This document shows, piece after piece, positions 35,384 through 45,662 of a stretch of DNA of 60,788 nt. How positions within the stretch are numbered: the stretch's first letter is position 1; every line of letters begins with the position of its first letter. This stretch comes from an uncultured virus (IMG/VR IMGVR_UViG_3300038345_000178) (lineage: Duplodnaviria; Heunggongvirae; Uroviricota; Caudoviricetes). Location of the stretch: the IMG/VR virus record IMGVR_UViG_3300038345_000178; one strand, given 5' to 3'. The position numbers and the translations under genes were made by a program. Below the pieces are notes generated by a model. That model was not told the origin of the DNA. It saw nothing but the letters and a program-made list of their open reading frames with translations, and ran no database searches.

Positions 35384-36655
35384 ATGGCAGCTAAGGGATC
35401 AATTTTAAAGCAAGAGATAGCTCAGAAAATTTTGGAAGTATTTCCAAACTCATTTCTTTACAATGACGGAAAAGAAGTTCGTATTAATGGCATGGAAAAT
35501 GGTGTTCCCACACAGATAAAAATTACACTTACAGCGGCTAAGGTACCTGTTGAGGGCGGCAGCTCAGTAGTAACAAGCGATTCTACTGAAACAGTTGTTT
35601 CTGCTCAGCCCGCAGAAAAGGTTCCTGATGAACCAACTGCAGAAGAGCAGAAGCGTTTACAGGATTTGTTAGCAGGGCTTGGACTATAAGGAGGTCTTAG
35701 TATGGGCAAGGGGTTGCATTTGTATAAGATGACCTGCTGGTCAGATAATGGCGGAAGGTGGCATTGTAATGATGTAAATAATTTATCAGGCAAATCTGCA
35801 AAATGGTATACCCCTATGCGTATATTAGAACTTTCAGTTGAAGAATACATTTCTTTGCTGATTACTAAGTTTCATGCAACGGGTTTCCATTACCATCCTG
35901 CCGCAGAATATTTAGGTTTTCATTTTATAAAAGAAATGGATGCTAAAGCATTTTGTAGCTATGTAAACAAAGTGGCTCGTATTAAAAACTATAATTGTCA
36001 GTAAAGGATGATAATTATGTATGTAACGAATCAAAAGCCCAAATATTATATTTGGGATTTCAGAGAGGGAAAAAACTTCAAAACCTTTAACAATAAGATG
36101 GATTTTCTTACATTTATTGCAAAACAATTTAGAGAATACTCTACTATTGTTCTGAATGAAGTTGATCTTGATTTTAAAAAAGAAATTAGTAATTGGATAT
36201 TAAAATGCTGTATTTGTTCAGAAGGTGATTTAAATACGGCCTGTAGAAATGCATCATATCAGCTTTTTGATGAATATGATAGAATACTTTCTCCTGCCGA
36301 TGTATGGGATGAAGCTATAAAAATATGGGAAAAATACTATCGTGATCCTATTGTGAATTTAGAAAGAGAAAGAAGAGCATGGCAAAAGAAATACAGAAAT
36401 AGCCGCCCTGACAACTTTAGAAGAGGACCTGTTCCACGCACAGGGAAACATAACTTCCATTGGAGGATTGGCTTTAGAGCACCTAAAACCACTGCCATGA
36501 AGAGATTTTGTTGTGCTCCTGAACAAAAATGTTTTAATAGAGGAAGTTGGAAACATCTTCCCTCTCTTTATGATGATATTATTAGGGTTGAAGAGAGAAA
36601 CTGGAAATCACAAAGCAAGCGCCGCCACCAATGGAAACCAAAAAAGGATGGATAA
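35384..36655 (+). CDS. Three hypothetical proteins (35384-35689, 35702-36004, 36008-36655)
   Basis: Operon after the repeated promoter. Confidence 0.55.
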
Positions 36656-36657
36656 TT

Positions 36658-37014
36658 ATGAATTATTATATCTATATAGATGATATTCGTGAAGATAGCA
36701 GATGGTTCAATACTCACTTAGACGGTGAAATTTGGACTCCTTTCATCGCACGCAATTATGAAGATGCTATTGATTTTCTTACTCAAATAAGAGATTCTGA
36801 AGCTGAAGTTATACTCGATCTTGATCATGATCTCGGTGAGTTGGAAGAAATGAGCGGTGAGCCATTTAATAGCTTAAGTGGTTATGATATATGTAAATAT
36901 ATTGTAGAACATCACTATCCTCTTGTTGGTTTTCATATTCATTCAATGAACCCCGCAGGAGCTCAAAATATGAGACAAATTTTGACTCATGCGGGCTATG
37001 AAGAACTTTTTTGA
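36658..37014 (+). CDS. Cyclic-phosphate-processing receiver-like (cREC) domain protein
   Basis: YIDD.R...LDLDHDLG...GYD...IHSMNP.G signature. Confidence 0.65.
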   Translation: MNYYIYIDDIREDSRWFNTHLDGEIWTPFIARNYEDAIDFLTQIRDSEAEVILDLDHDLGELEEMSGEPFNSLSGYDICKYIVEHHYPLVGFHIHSMNPAGAQNMRQILTHAGYEELF

Positions 37015-37085
37015 TTTTTTAAAAATTTTATGTTATAATATATACATAAGGTTAAGAAAATTAAAAACTTTTAGGAGGATATTTT

Positions 37086-37967
37086 ATGAGACAGATTATA
37101 GCTGAAGTCGTAGAAGAGATGGAAGTGCCTGACTTAAATCCTACTATTGATAGCTCTGTAAAATTATATTTAAAAGAGGTAAGTAGATATCCTCTTTTAA
37201 CAGAAGCAGAGGAGAAGGAGTGTGCTTTGCAGGTTGCTAATGGAAGCAAAGAAGCAGAGCAGCGTCTTATTAATCATAACCTCCGCTTAGTTGTATCTGT
37301 TGCTAAACGCCATATGGGTAGAGGATTACAGCTTCTGGACTTAATACAGGAAGGCAATATGGGTTTAATTAAGGCGGTTGGCAAGTTTGATGCCACTAAA
37401 GGTTTTCGTTTCTCAACTTATGCAACTTGGTGGATAAATCAGGCAATTTCTCGTGCCATCAAGGAACAGTCTCGTAATATTAGACTGCCCATTCATATTA
37501 TTGAAATGATAAGCAACATCAGAAAGGTAGAAAAGGAGTATGCTCAGGCATATAACAGAATGCCTTCTATTGCTGAAGTAGCGGCAGCTCTGAAAATAGA
37601 CGAGGACAAGGTGAAACTTGGTTATAAATGGATAAATGATACATCTTCACTTGATGTATCTGTGGGAGACGATGAGGACACAACCCTTGGAGCTTTCGTA
37701 GAAGATGAAAAAGTGCAGGATGATTTTGCAGCTATTGAAGATGGAGACAGAACAGCTGCAATAGATACTGTATTAAGCACATTAGCCCCCCGTGAAAGAA
37801 CTGTAATAGAAAAGCGGTTTGGTTTGACGGGAATGAAACCAATGACTCTTGAAGAAGTTGGGACTGAATTAAAGTTAAGTAAAGAGAGAATAAGACAGAT
37901 TGAAGCAAAGGCTCTTGAAAAACTACGCAACCCCCGCCGTGCAGCTCTTCTGAAAGCATTTGTATAA
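37086..37967 (+). CDS. RpoD/SigA-like sigma-70 factor
   Basis: Regions 1.2 (YLKEV..YPLLT), 2 (NLRLVVSVAK, DLIQEGN.GL.KAV.KFD..KGFRFSTYATWWI), 3 and 4.2 (TLEEVG....SKERIRQIEAKAL). Confidence 0.92.
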   Translation: MRQIIAEVVEEMEVPDLNPTIDSSVKLYLKEVSRYPLLTEAEEKECALQVANGSKEAEQRLINHNLRLVVSVAKRHMGRGLQLLDLIQEGNMGLIKAVGKFDATKGFRFSTYATWWINQAISRAIKEQSRNIRLPIHIIEMISNIRKVEKEYAQAYNRMPSIAEVAAALKIDEDKVKLGYKWINDTSSLDVSVGDDEDTTLGAFVEDEKVQDDFAAIEDGDRTAAIDTVLSTLAPRERTVIEKRFGLTGMKPMTLEEVGTELKLSKERIRQIEAKALEKLRNPRRAALLKAFV

Positions 37968-37979
37968 TATACCGAAAAT

Positions 37980-38024
37980 TTGATTTTTTAAAAAATTTTT
38001 GGTATAATATATATGTAAGATAAA
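37980..38024 (+). promoter_or_regulatory. Representative copy of a repeated sigmaA-type promoter unit
   Basis: TTGATT-N17-TATAAT-ATATATGTAAGATAAA; similar copies near 30426, 31815, 35316, 37011, 38332, 41973, 42169, 43568, 44248, 44944, 45607 and 48110. Confidence 0.8.
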
Positions 38025-38237
38025 GAAAGACAGGAAACAGCAATTTTTCTATATAAAACAATTTTTCTATATAAAAATTTTAAATTTTTAAATTGTAGTA
38101 AAGAGAGGCTTATCCCATAATATGCTTTAATTGTTATGTTTTCTCATATTGTGGCGAAAATCTAAGAAAAGTGTGCCTGTCTTGGTTCTTGTGGTTTTTC
38201 ATAAAGTTATAACCCCCTTATTAATAAGGGGGCATAT

Positions 38238-38310
38238 GGCACGGTGGTCAAGCGGTTTAAGACGCCAGTCTCTAAAACTGGAAACTAGGGTTCGACTCCC
38301 TGGCGTGCTA
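38238..38310 (+). tRNA. Amber-decoding tRNA, anticodon CUA, tRNA-Glu-like body
   Basis: GGCACGG-TG-GTC AAGCGGTTTAA GAC-G-CCAGT CT CTA AA ACTGG-AAAC-TAGGG TTCGACT CCCTG-GCGTGCT-A; anticodon at 38272-74. Confidence 0.88.
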
Positions 38311-38454
38311 GTCAGCATTATAACAAAAAATTTGATTTTTTATAAAAATTTTGTTATAATATATATGTAAGATAAAGAAAGACAGTTACAGCAAAAACTT
38401 AAAAGCGTTTATTTAGGGAATAAAAGTGTTAAGATTAGCTGTCTTGAATATATG

Positions 38455-38526
38455 GCGGAAGGGTGAAACGGTTTCCATGCTTGGCTCATAACCAAGAGAC
38501 ATTAGGTTCGACTCCTATTTTCTGCA
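38455..38526 (+). tRNA. tRNA-Met/Ile2 (CAT)
   Basis: CTTGG CT CAT AA CCAAG arm and GGTTCGACTCC T-arm; D-arm imperfect. Confidence 0.65.
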
Positions 38527-38973
38527 ATTAACAGGCTATAGGCTACGCTCTTTGTCTGTATAAAATTAAAGATGCGGACGTAATCATATCAGCGTTAAAG
38601 ATGTGTGACTTGAATTGTTGAATAGAAACAATGTGGCGTTATGAGTTTGAACAGTAGATAACTCTTCGGTGCTGTACCGTGATGACAGTCGGTAGGAGTA
38701 GAGCCGCAGAATCTAACCTTCCTTGGGTGCTAGCAAAAACACACTGGAAAGCGAGAGCAAAAATGTGTGATGTAGGTTATAACCCTTCCTACATTTATAT
38801 TTTAATTTTTATCAGTAGCCATTCTACTTCTTTATGAATGGGGCGGTTTAGAAGTTTGTGCCAGAATGGAGAATTTCTTGACTTTGAAAGTGAATAGGTA
38901 ACTTTCCGTTGCCACAAACGAGAATGTGGTGGTTGTTTGATAGTTTCTTATCCCTAAACGAAGCTATCAATAT

Positions 38974-39044
38974 GCTTCCATAGTTTAATGGTAAAACGTG
39001 AGCCTTGTAAGCCCTTGTTCTCAGTTCGACTCTGAGTGGAAGCT
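38974..39044 (+). tRNA. tRNA-Thr (TGT)
   Basis: GCTTCCA/TGGAAGC acceptor, CT TGT AA loop; weak anticodon stem. Confidence 0.7.
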
Positions 39045-39105
39045 TTTAGTGTATCTCAGCTATAAATGAGAGATTTATACGATAATTTTGAAAGGGGTAG
39101 GGTTT

Positions 39106-39953
39106 ATGTCAACAGAACAGCTTATGGAAATTTTGAAGGTGCGGCAGGCGTGTGATACAAACCCTACCTCACAAAGCCTTCTTTATGAGCTTTCTATTGC
39201 TTTAGAGAGGCTAAAAAAGTATGAAGATGCTGAGGCTGCTGAGTTGAAAAAGGCAATTTCAGCTTATTTAACAGCACCACATTCTATTGAGTAACAGGAG
39301 GCTTATATGAGAGATGTAAATAGGATTCCTGTGTATATGGAACAGTTAAAAGAGCAATGGGAAAGGGTTCCTGATTGGCGGTTTGGTCAATTTATAGCTA
39401 ATGTTCTTGGTCCTGCGATGGTTCAGGCAAATTGTTCAAACCTTTTTATGATTGAAGATGAAGAATTATTTAAGGCAATTCAAGAGACAATGGACTCAAT
39501 TTGTGATTGAGTCTTTAAATGCGGGAGTGGTGAAATTAGCAAACACTCAGGTCTTAAAAACCTGTGACCACTGGTCTTGCGGGTGCAAGTCCCGTCTCCC
39601 GCACCATTAAATATAAAGCTATTTTTAGCCTTATGTTTTGATAGGTACAACTTATGTATACGCAGGGTAGTATGTTGAAAAAGAAAGGTGGATGTATTAT
39701 GAGTATGAATCAGACTTTTTATGAATTTTTGGAAGAGAGTACGACTTCTACGAATACTCGACTACAAAAATATGCTTCTGCACTTTACGGGTACATCAAC
39801 ACTCTGCCTAAGTTTCCCAAGAAGAATAAGGATAGGAAAACTGTGGAGCAGTCCTTAAAGGCTTCAATGGGGGAGACTTTTGACAGCTTTATGTTTGAGT
39901 ATGTATGGCAGGCGTATGAGCAGAAGAAAATGATGTCCGTGTTCTTTGACTAA
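39106..39953 (+). CDS. Small ORFs among the tRNAs (39106-39294, 39307-39510, 39699-39953)
   Basis: SD-led short ORFs; the last weakly resembles YozE-type helical proteins. Confidence 0.5.
39521..39606 (+). tRNA. tRNA-Leu (TAA)
   Basis: CAGGT CT TAA AA ACCTG, long variable arm, CCA. Confidence 0.85.
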
Positions 39954-40085
39954 AATAGTACGCAGACGCGTAGTATCGTTATGAGGTTATCAATGTCAAT
40001 TTTAAGGTTGCTATTAATTAGTAGCTTAATATATGGTTTAGATGGCTTTGCAAAGTGTTGATGATAACATTTTGTAAAGTTATAT

Positions 40086-40155
40086 GCAAGTATGGTGTAG
40101 AGGTAACATCTCAGCTTCCCAAGCTGATGTCACGGTTCAAATCCTCTGCCCCCGT
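40086..40155 (+). pseudogene. Broken/chimeric tRNA-Gly (CCC)
   Basis: 5' half and TCAGC TT CCC AA GCTGA arm are intact, but the 3' acceptor strand does not pair with GCAAGTA. Confidence 0.55.
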
Positions 40156-40521
40156 CCTGCTATAATTACTACATAACGATAATAGCTCAAGACGTAGAGC
40201 AGTTTGGTAAAACAGGCAGACTTTGGTGCAAATCCATATAAGCTATGTAATAATTCTGGTTTGTTGTAGCTTTTTAAAAGCTATTTTATATTAAAAACTG
40301 GTTCCGCTAAGATTCGGGCTTTGTAATAAAAGCTCAAGGGCAAATTGTGGCGTAGATTAAAGCGTGTGCAGTTAAGGGGGCATCGCCAGTTATAATTGAT
40401 TGTAAGTTAAGGAGACATCCATAAAAAATTAACTTAGAATCAGTCGGAGTTCTATTAACCGCAAGATAGATAGCTTCGCTTGGGAAGTGAGATGGCGGGA
40501 ACCCCCGCTACCAAGATATAT

Positions 40522-40596
40522 GCAGATATGGTGTAGTTGGTAACATCGCAGCCTTCCAAGCTGTTGTGGCGAGTTCGAGTCTCGTTATCTGCTCCA
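40522..40596 (+). tRNA. tRNA-Gly (TCC)
   Basis: Cloverleaf, CT TCC AA loop, TCCA end. Confidence 0.88.
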
Positions 40597-40754
40597 GGCG
40601 AGTTCAGTATAGATGAAAAGGAAAATCTTGTACTAAAAAATTATTTTCCTTCTGAAAGACAAGTAGACGTCCTATGCTTGTTAAGTAGGTAATACAAAAT
40701 TAGAGGGGCAGTTCCTCAGCTCGTTGCCATACTTTATAAAAGGAGTATTTTATA

Positions 40755-40958
40755 ATGGCGATTACAACAGAACATTCATCTGGTATTACAGAAGAAAACG
40801 TTGCTAAAATAGCAACCCTTATACAAGAACTTAAACAAGAGATTGCATCTGATAATGGCTCGTTTCCATTAAATAGCGTTTATATATCAATAACCCTAAA
40901 TGCAATAAATGACCAAATTCCAGAGCTTTCTATTGAAAAACGCTATGCTTTAATATAA
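40755..40958 (+). CDS. Hypothetical protein
   Basis: AAGGAG SD, 67 aa. Confidence 0.5.
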   Translation: MAITTEHSSGITEENVAKIATLIQELKQEIASDNGSFPLNSVYISITLNAINDQIPELSIEKRYALI

Positions 40959-41076
40959 TAATGTTTTCAAAGACGCTTGCAGCAAAATAATATAAGAAAT
41001 ACAAAGGTTGTATAATAGAATTTTAATCTATGATTGTGGGTTCGAATCCCACCTTATTAAAAGCGTCTTGTTATAT

Positions 41077-41151
41077 GGTCCATTAGTTCAATGGTAGAAC
41101 AGTCCCCTCATAAGGGATCAGTTCCAAGTTCAAGTCTTGGGTGGACCACCA
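41077..41151 (+). tRNA. tRNA-Ile2/Met (CAT)
   Basis: GTCCC CT CAT AA GGGAT, ACCA end. Confidence 0.85.
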
Positions 41152-41223
41152 CTTGAAAACTATTTCCAGTTTTCATAATCCTTTTCTGGTATTCGTAAAA
41201 CAAGAATGAAAAGGAGAATAAAA

Positions 41224-41940
41224 ATGAAGAAATTACTAATCAAGGTAACCACTACTTTGAGTGTAGTTGCACTCTTGTCTTTTTGCGGATGTACTAATAC
41301 ATCTAATAAAGCGACACTTGGGGAAGGAACAAAAATAATTGAAAGTTCTATTGCCCCAACGCCAGAGGTTTCAAAAGAAATAAGTAAGACAGAAGCCTCA
41401 AAAGAAGTAAGTAAAATAAAAGAAGTTTCAAAAGAAATCAGTGAGATTTCAAAACCAGTAGAATCCTCTGTAGAAGAGGTAGAAGAAAGTAAGGAAATAG
41501 AGTCCTCTATTGAAGAACCCTATGAAGAAGAGTTTAAGGATTATGATAATTATTCGTTGACTGTGACGTCAGATGATTATGATTATGCGGCAGCTCCTAG
41601 TATAGAATCTGAAGAAGAGGAGGAAATTATTTATGATTATACTTACTCGTATCCTACTTATTATACTCCTAATGAGTTTTATAATATGGGGATAATTGAG
41701 TGGGGCGGATGGTCTTGGACATATTATAGTGAAGTATATATGCCTGGTACTGAGTTGCCCATTCCTGGTCGTTGGACAGATGAAAATGGTTATGTTTGTG
41801 ATGAAAATAACTATATTTGTTTAGCTTCCAGCTCTCTATCAAAAGGCACTATTGTAGACACCCCCTTTGGGAAGATGGGAAAAGTTTATGATTGTGGCTG
41901 TCTAAGTTATATACTTGATGTCTATGTTTCATGGTATTAA
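41224..41940 (+). CDS. Lipoprotein-like exported protein with acidic linker and 3D/RlpA-like C-terminus
   Basis: Signal peptide with Cys, S/E/K repeats, KGTIVDTPFG..GKVYDCG....LDVY. Confidence 0.55.
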   Translation: MKKLLIKVTTTLSVVALLSFCGCTNTSNKATLGEGTKIIESSIAPTPEVSKEISKTEASKEVSKIKEVSKEISEISKPVESSVEEVEESKEIESSIEEPYEEEFKDYDNYSLTVTSDDYDYAAAPSIESEEEEEIIYDYTYSYPTYYTPNEFYNMGIIEWGGWSWTYYSEVYMPGTELPIPGRWTDENGYVCDENNYICLASSSLSKGTIVDTPFGKMGKVYDCGCLSYILDVYVSWY

Positions 41941-42074
41941 AATATAACTGGACGAAACAAATTAATCTTACATTGATATTTTTTAAAAAATATAGTATAA
42001 TATATATGTAAGATAAAAAGTAAAAAGAATACCAGAAAACCATAAGGGTGTCGTAAAAAAGGCGCCCTCTATAT

Positions 42075-42151
42075 AGGAGTATAGTGTAATGATAGCACGT
42101 TAGTCTCCAAAACTAAAAGTCATTTGGGTTTGATTCCCTGTGCTCCTGCCA
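42075..42151 (+). tRNA. tRNA-Trp (CCA)
   Basis: TTAGT CT CCA AA ACTAA, GCCA end. Confidence 0.75.
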
Positions 42152-42236
42152 AAAATAAAAATCTTTTATTGATTTTTTAAAAAATTTATAATATAATATA
42201 TATGTAAGATAAAAAATAATAAAAAATAATTTTTAT

Positions 42237-42318
42237 GCGGGAGTGGCGTAATTGGCAGCCGCGATAGATTTAGGTTCTATTGTCGAAAGGCGTGTGGGTT
42301 CGAGTCCCACCTCCCGCA
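42237..42318 (+). tRNA. tRNA-Leu (anticodon TAG)
   Basis: ATAGA TT TAG GT TCTAT, long variable arm. Confidence 0.85.
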
Positions 42319-42360
42319 TTAACAAAGAACAGGGACTACAATAGAAAGTAAGTGGTAAAA

Positions 42361-43269
42361 ATGTCAATCAAAGGTTACAAGGTTTTTGATCCAGATTGGA
42401 CTTGTAGAGACTTCAAGTATGAAGTTGGGAAAACGTATACTCATGATGGTAATATAGAAGTCTGTAAAGCTGGATTTCATTTTTGTCAAAGGGCAAGTGA
42501 TTGTTTTAATTACTATCGTTTTGATAGTAATAATAAAGTAGCCGAGGTCGAAGCCATAGGTCTTATAAAGACTGACAACGATAAGTCAGTAACGGATAAA
42601 ATTTTTATTAAGAGAGAGATCAAATGGAACGAATTGCTTGATATTGTAAATGAGGGGAGAAGTTGTACCGGTCTTTGTAACACAGGCAATTGGAACACAG
42701 GCAATTGGAACACAGGCAATTGGAACACGGGCAATCGTAACACGGGCGATTGTAACATGGGCGCTTGGAACACAGGCAATTGTAACACAGGCAATCGTAA
42801 TACGGGCAATTGGAATACGGGCAATCGTAACATGGGTAATTGGAACACAGGCAATTGGAACACAGGCGATTGGAACACGGGCGATTGTAACATGGGTAGC
42901 TGTAACACAGGTAGCTGGAATAAAAGTAATTGGTCATGTGGATTTTTTAATACAGCGGAGCAGCAGTTAATAGTCTTTAACAAACCGTTAAACATGGATA
43001 GAAAGGATTTTTTAAAAAATATAGGTGTCCAAGTTTTAGATTTACATTATACAGATAAATGGTGGATTTGTTCTGAAAATATGACAGATGAAGAAAAAGC
43101 AGCGCATCCTGAACATTTAACCACTGGTGGATATTTAAAAACAGTTGATTTTGAGACCGCTTGTAAAATGATGTGGGATAATCTTGACGATAAAGAAAAA
43201 GCGGCAGTAAAAAAAATTCCGAATTTTGATGCAGAAATATTTGAAGAAATCACGGGAATAAAAGTTTGA
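42361..43269 (+). CDS. Pentapeptide-repeat protein (N-T/M-G-x-W/C/R)n
   Basis: About 16 tandem 15-nt units at 42679-42925. Confidence 0.85.
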   Translation: MSIKGYKVFDPDWTCRDFKYEVGKTYTHDGNIEVCKAGFHFCQRASDCFNYYRFDSNNKVAEVEAIGLIKTDNDKSVTDKIFIKREIKWNELLDIVNEGRSCTGLCNTGNWNTGNWNTGNWNTGNRNTGDCNMGAWNTGNCNTGNRNTGNWNTGNRNMGNWNTGNWNTGDWNTGDCNMGSCNTGSWNKSNWSCGFFNTAEQQLIVFNKPLNMDRKDFLKNIGVQVLDLHYTDKWWICSENMTDEEKAAHPEHLTTGGYLKTVDFETACKMMWDNLDDKEKAAVKKIPNFDAEIFEEITGIKV

Positions 43270-43640
43270 TAATTATGTGAGTTCATCAATTTTCACCACT
43301 TGTATCAAAAAGAAGGAGACTATTTATATGGATAAAATTAAAAATATTTTTTCATATCAAATCGGCACCATTTTTACAGGCAAAGAAATAAAAGATTTTC
43401 TTGCTCAATGGGAAGCAAAAGGAAATAGTATGTATGGACTCCGCCAGTATTTAAAATGTATTGATGATTACCTTTATATGTTTTGTAATATTGGCGGAAC
43501 TGCTGCAGGTGATACAAAGAAGGCTTTTATTCGAGTAAATCCAAAAAAGCGTTAAGATAAACTTCTTTTGATTTTTTATAAAAATTTTGTTATAATATAT
43601 ATGTAAGATAAAAAAGAAAAAAGTTTATCGCTTTTTATGT

Positions 43641-43716
43641 GGGGGCTTAGTTCAGTTGGTAGAACAATAGTTTTGCAAACTATAGGTCATGAGTTCGATT
43701 CTCATAGCTTCCACCA
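43641..43716 (+). tRNA. tRNA-Ala (TGC)
   Basis: G3.U70 pair, TT TGC AA loop, ACCA. Confidence 0.88.
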
Positions 43717-44017
43717 TTCGATTTTATGGTGACCTTTAAGCGGAACCATGGAGAATCGCACCTTCTCAAAAAAGTGTTGGTATTCCAAATAGACCATTTA
43801 ATTTTGATGTTATGCTTGTTTGGAGCGGTTATTCAAAAATAAAAAACTATTTGGTGACTTTTGAGATGCGTTATGGATGCTCACTGTGTTTCAACATGAA
43901 ACTAAAGATATCTTCATACGTTCTGTTTCAAGCTGTCAAGTCAAGGAAGCTCTTTTAGCGTTAGGAAAGAGGTTAGGACACAGGCTGACCGCCTGTCTCG
44001 AGAAAAGGTCTTTATAT

Positions 44018-44092
44018 GTCCCAATAGCTCAAAGGATAGAGCAATGGGCTACGAACCCATAGATGAGAGTTCGAATCTTTCTTGGGATGCCA
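44018..44092 (+). tRNA. tRNA-Arg (ACG)
   Basis: ATGGG CT ACG AA CCCAT, GCCA. Confidence 0.88.
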
Positions 44093-44148
44093 ATAGCATA
44101 AAAACCATAGGTTTTTCGGGAGCTGGGGTACGCTCTGGTTCCTATTTT

Positions 44149-44231
44149 GCGGGAATGATGAAATTGGCAAACATGATGGCTTCAAATACCATTGCTTCGG
44201 CTTGTGGGTTCAAGTCCCACTTCCCGCACCA
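44149..44231 (+). tRNA. tRNA-Leu (CAA)
   Basis: TT CAA AT loop, long variable arm, ACCA. Confidence 0.8.
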
Positions 44232-44496
44232 GATAAAAAATCTTTCTTTGATTTTTTAAAAAATTTATAGTATAATATATATGTAAGATAAAAAATAACA
44301 AGAAAAGTTTTATGTGCCAAATGGTATTTTTAAAATTGTGCATTAGGTACTTCCGATAAAACGAATCTTCTGTCGATGGAGTGGTATTAAGAGATGTAGA
44401 TAAAATAGTTGTATTGGCAGCGGCTCGTAAGAGCGTCCGCAACGCAGACTGATTTTAAAAGCTCTCCCCTAATTCAAAAGGAAAGGTTGAACAACA

Positions 44497-44925
44497 ATGA
44501 AAGTAAAGCCTGTAATTCGTAATGAGCTATATGTTCGGCATACCTCATTTGTGGTTGATTTTAAAATAAAACAAAATATCACCTTTATCACTGGCGATTC
44601 TGGTTGCGGTAAGTCTACAATCTTTTCTTTTTTACAAGAGCTTGCTGCGATAGATAAAACAATCTGCTGTTATAACCGCCTTAATCAAAATTCTGATTAT
44701 AAGGCAACAATTACACATTCAGATGGAAAGTTGTTTATAATTGATGATGCGGATTATCTTATAGATGACAATTTGCGGCATTTTATAGCGACTGATTCAA
44801 AGAATCAGTATATTCTCATAGGACAAAATGCGGCTGGGTTGCTACTTAACTTGGACGAGATTATGGAACTTCAGCACGAAATGCAAGATAACCAAATTTA
44901 TTTTCTATTAAGTCCAATCTTTTAA
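44497..44925 (+). CDS. Small P-loop NTPase
   Basis: GDSGCGKS Walker A, FIIDD Walker B. Confidence 0.75.
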   Translation: MKVKPVIRNELYVRHTSFVVDFKIKQNITFITGDSGCGKSTIFSFLQELAAIDKTICCYNRLNQNSDYKATITHSDGKLFIIDDADYLIDDNLRHFIATDSKNQYILIGQNAAGLLLNLDEIMELQHEMQDNQIYFLLSPIF

Positions 44926-45662
44926 AAAATAAACAAAAAAACTTTGACTTTTTTATAAAAATATTATATAATATATATGTAAGATAAAAAATAATAAGAA
45001 AAGTTTTATGTACCAAATAGCATTTTTAAAATTGCGTATTAGATGGTTCTAATGATAACGCCTCCTTGTGGTAGAACTGGATTCGACAGAATGTTATCAT
45101 AAAATTTATTGCTATTGCTGCGAATATAGGCGGGGTAAAAATGTCAGATAAGAAAAACCTTCTTTAATTCAAATCCTCGTTAGAATGGAAACGTGAGAGC
45201 TGCTCCTATAGCTGAAGGCTCTTAATAGCAATTACATTTTTAAGGAATTGTTACCCTGTTCAAGTTGAAATGATATATACTTGTTCGGTACTGATACCTA
45301 TCAGGTAAAAATGTGACGTTACGTTGTCTACCGATACGTTAAATCGGGGAATTGTAATTAGGACAACATCAGCGGTTTGCTTAATTATTCTAAAGAATTT
45401 TACTAATGATTACACATTGGAAAGCTGTTGAAATAATTTAGAATAATTATGACGAATTAAGTAATAATATGGAATTAAGGCAAGTGGCGTGGGTGGCTAC
45501 ATTGACCAACTTATCAATAGTGTCAAGTGTAAAGTAAAGGAAATATTATTACTTAATATGTAGTCATTTATATAATGCCCCACTTCACGTATTAAAAAAT
45601 CTTTCTTTGATTTTTTAAAAAATTTATTATATAATATATATGTAAGATAAAAAAGAAAGGAA

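Noticed and set aside
38238..38310. Pyrrolysine tRNA
   Set aside because: It has a standard 5-bp anticodon stem, a full D-loop and a TTCGA T-loop, unlike tRNA-Pyl; no pyl genes are in the window
38311..38340. HDV-like theta ribozyme after the suppressor tRNA
   Set aside because: The trailer is short and AT-rich and runs straight into the next promoter unit
42237..42318. Second suppressor tRNA
   Set aside because: Anticodon UAG reads CUA leucine codons, so it is an ordinary tRNA-Leu
42513..42995. Alternative-frame repeat ORFs over the pentapeptide gene
   Set aside because: Shadow frames of the 15-nt repeat
45069..45590. tmRNA (GGATTCGACAG resembles its 5' end)
   Set aside because: No GGGG acceptor start or matching T-arm/CCA 3' end was found; kept only as a generic ncRNA candidate
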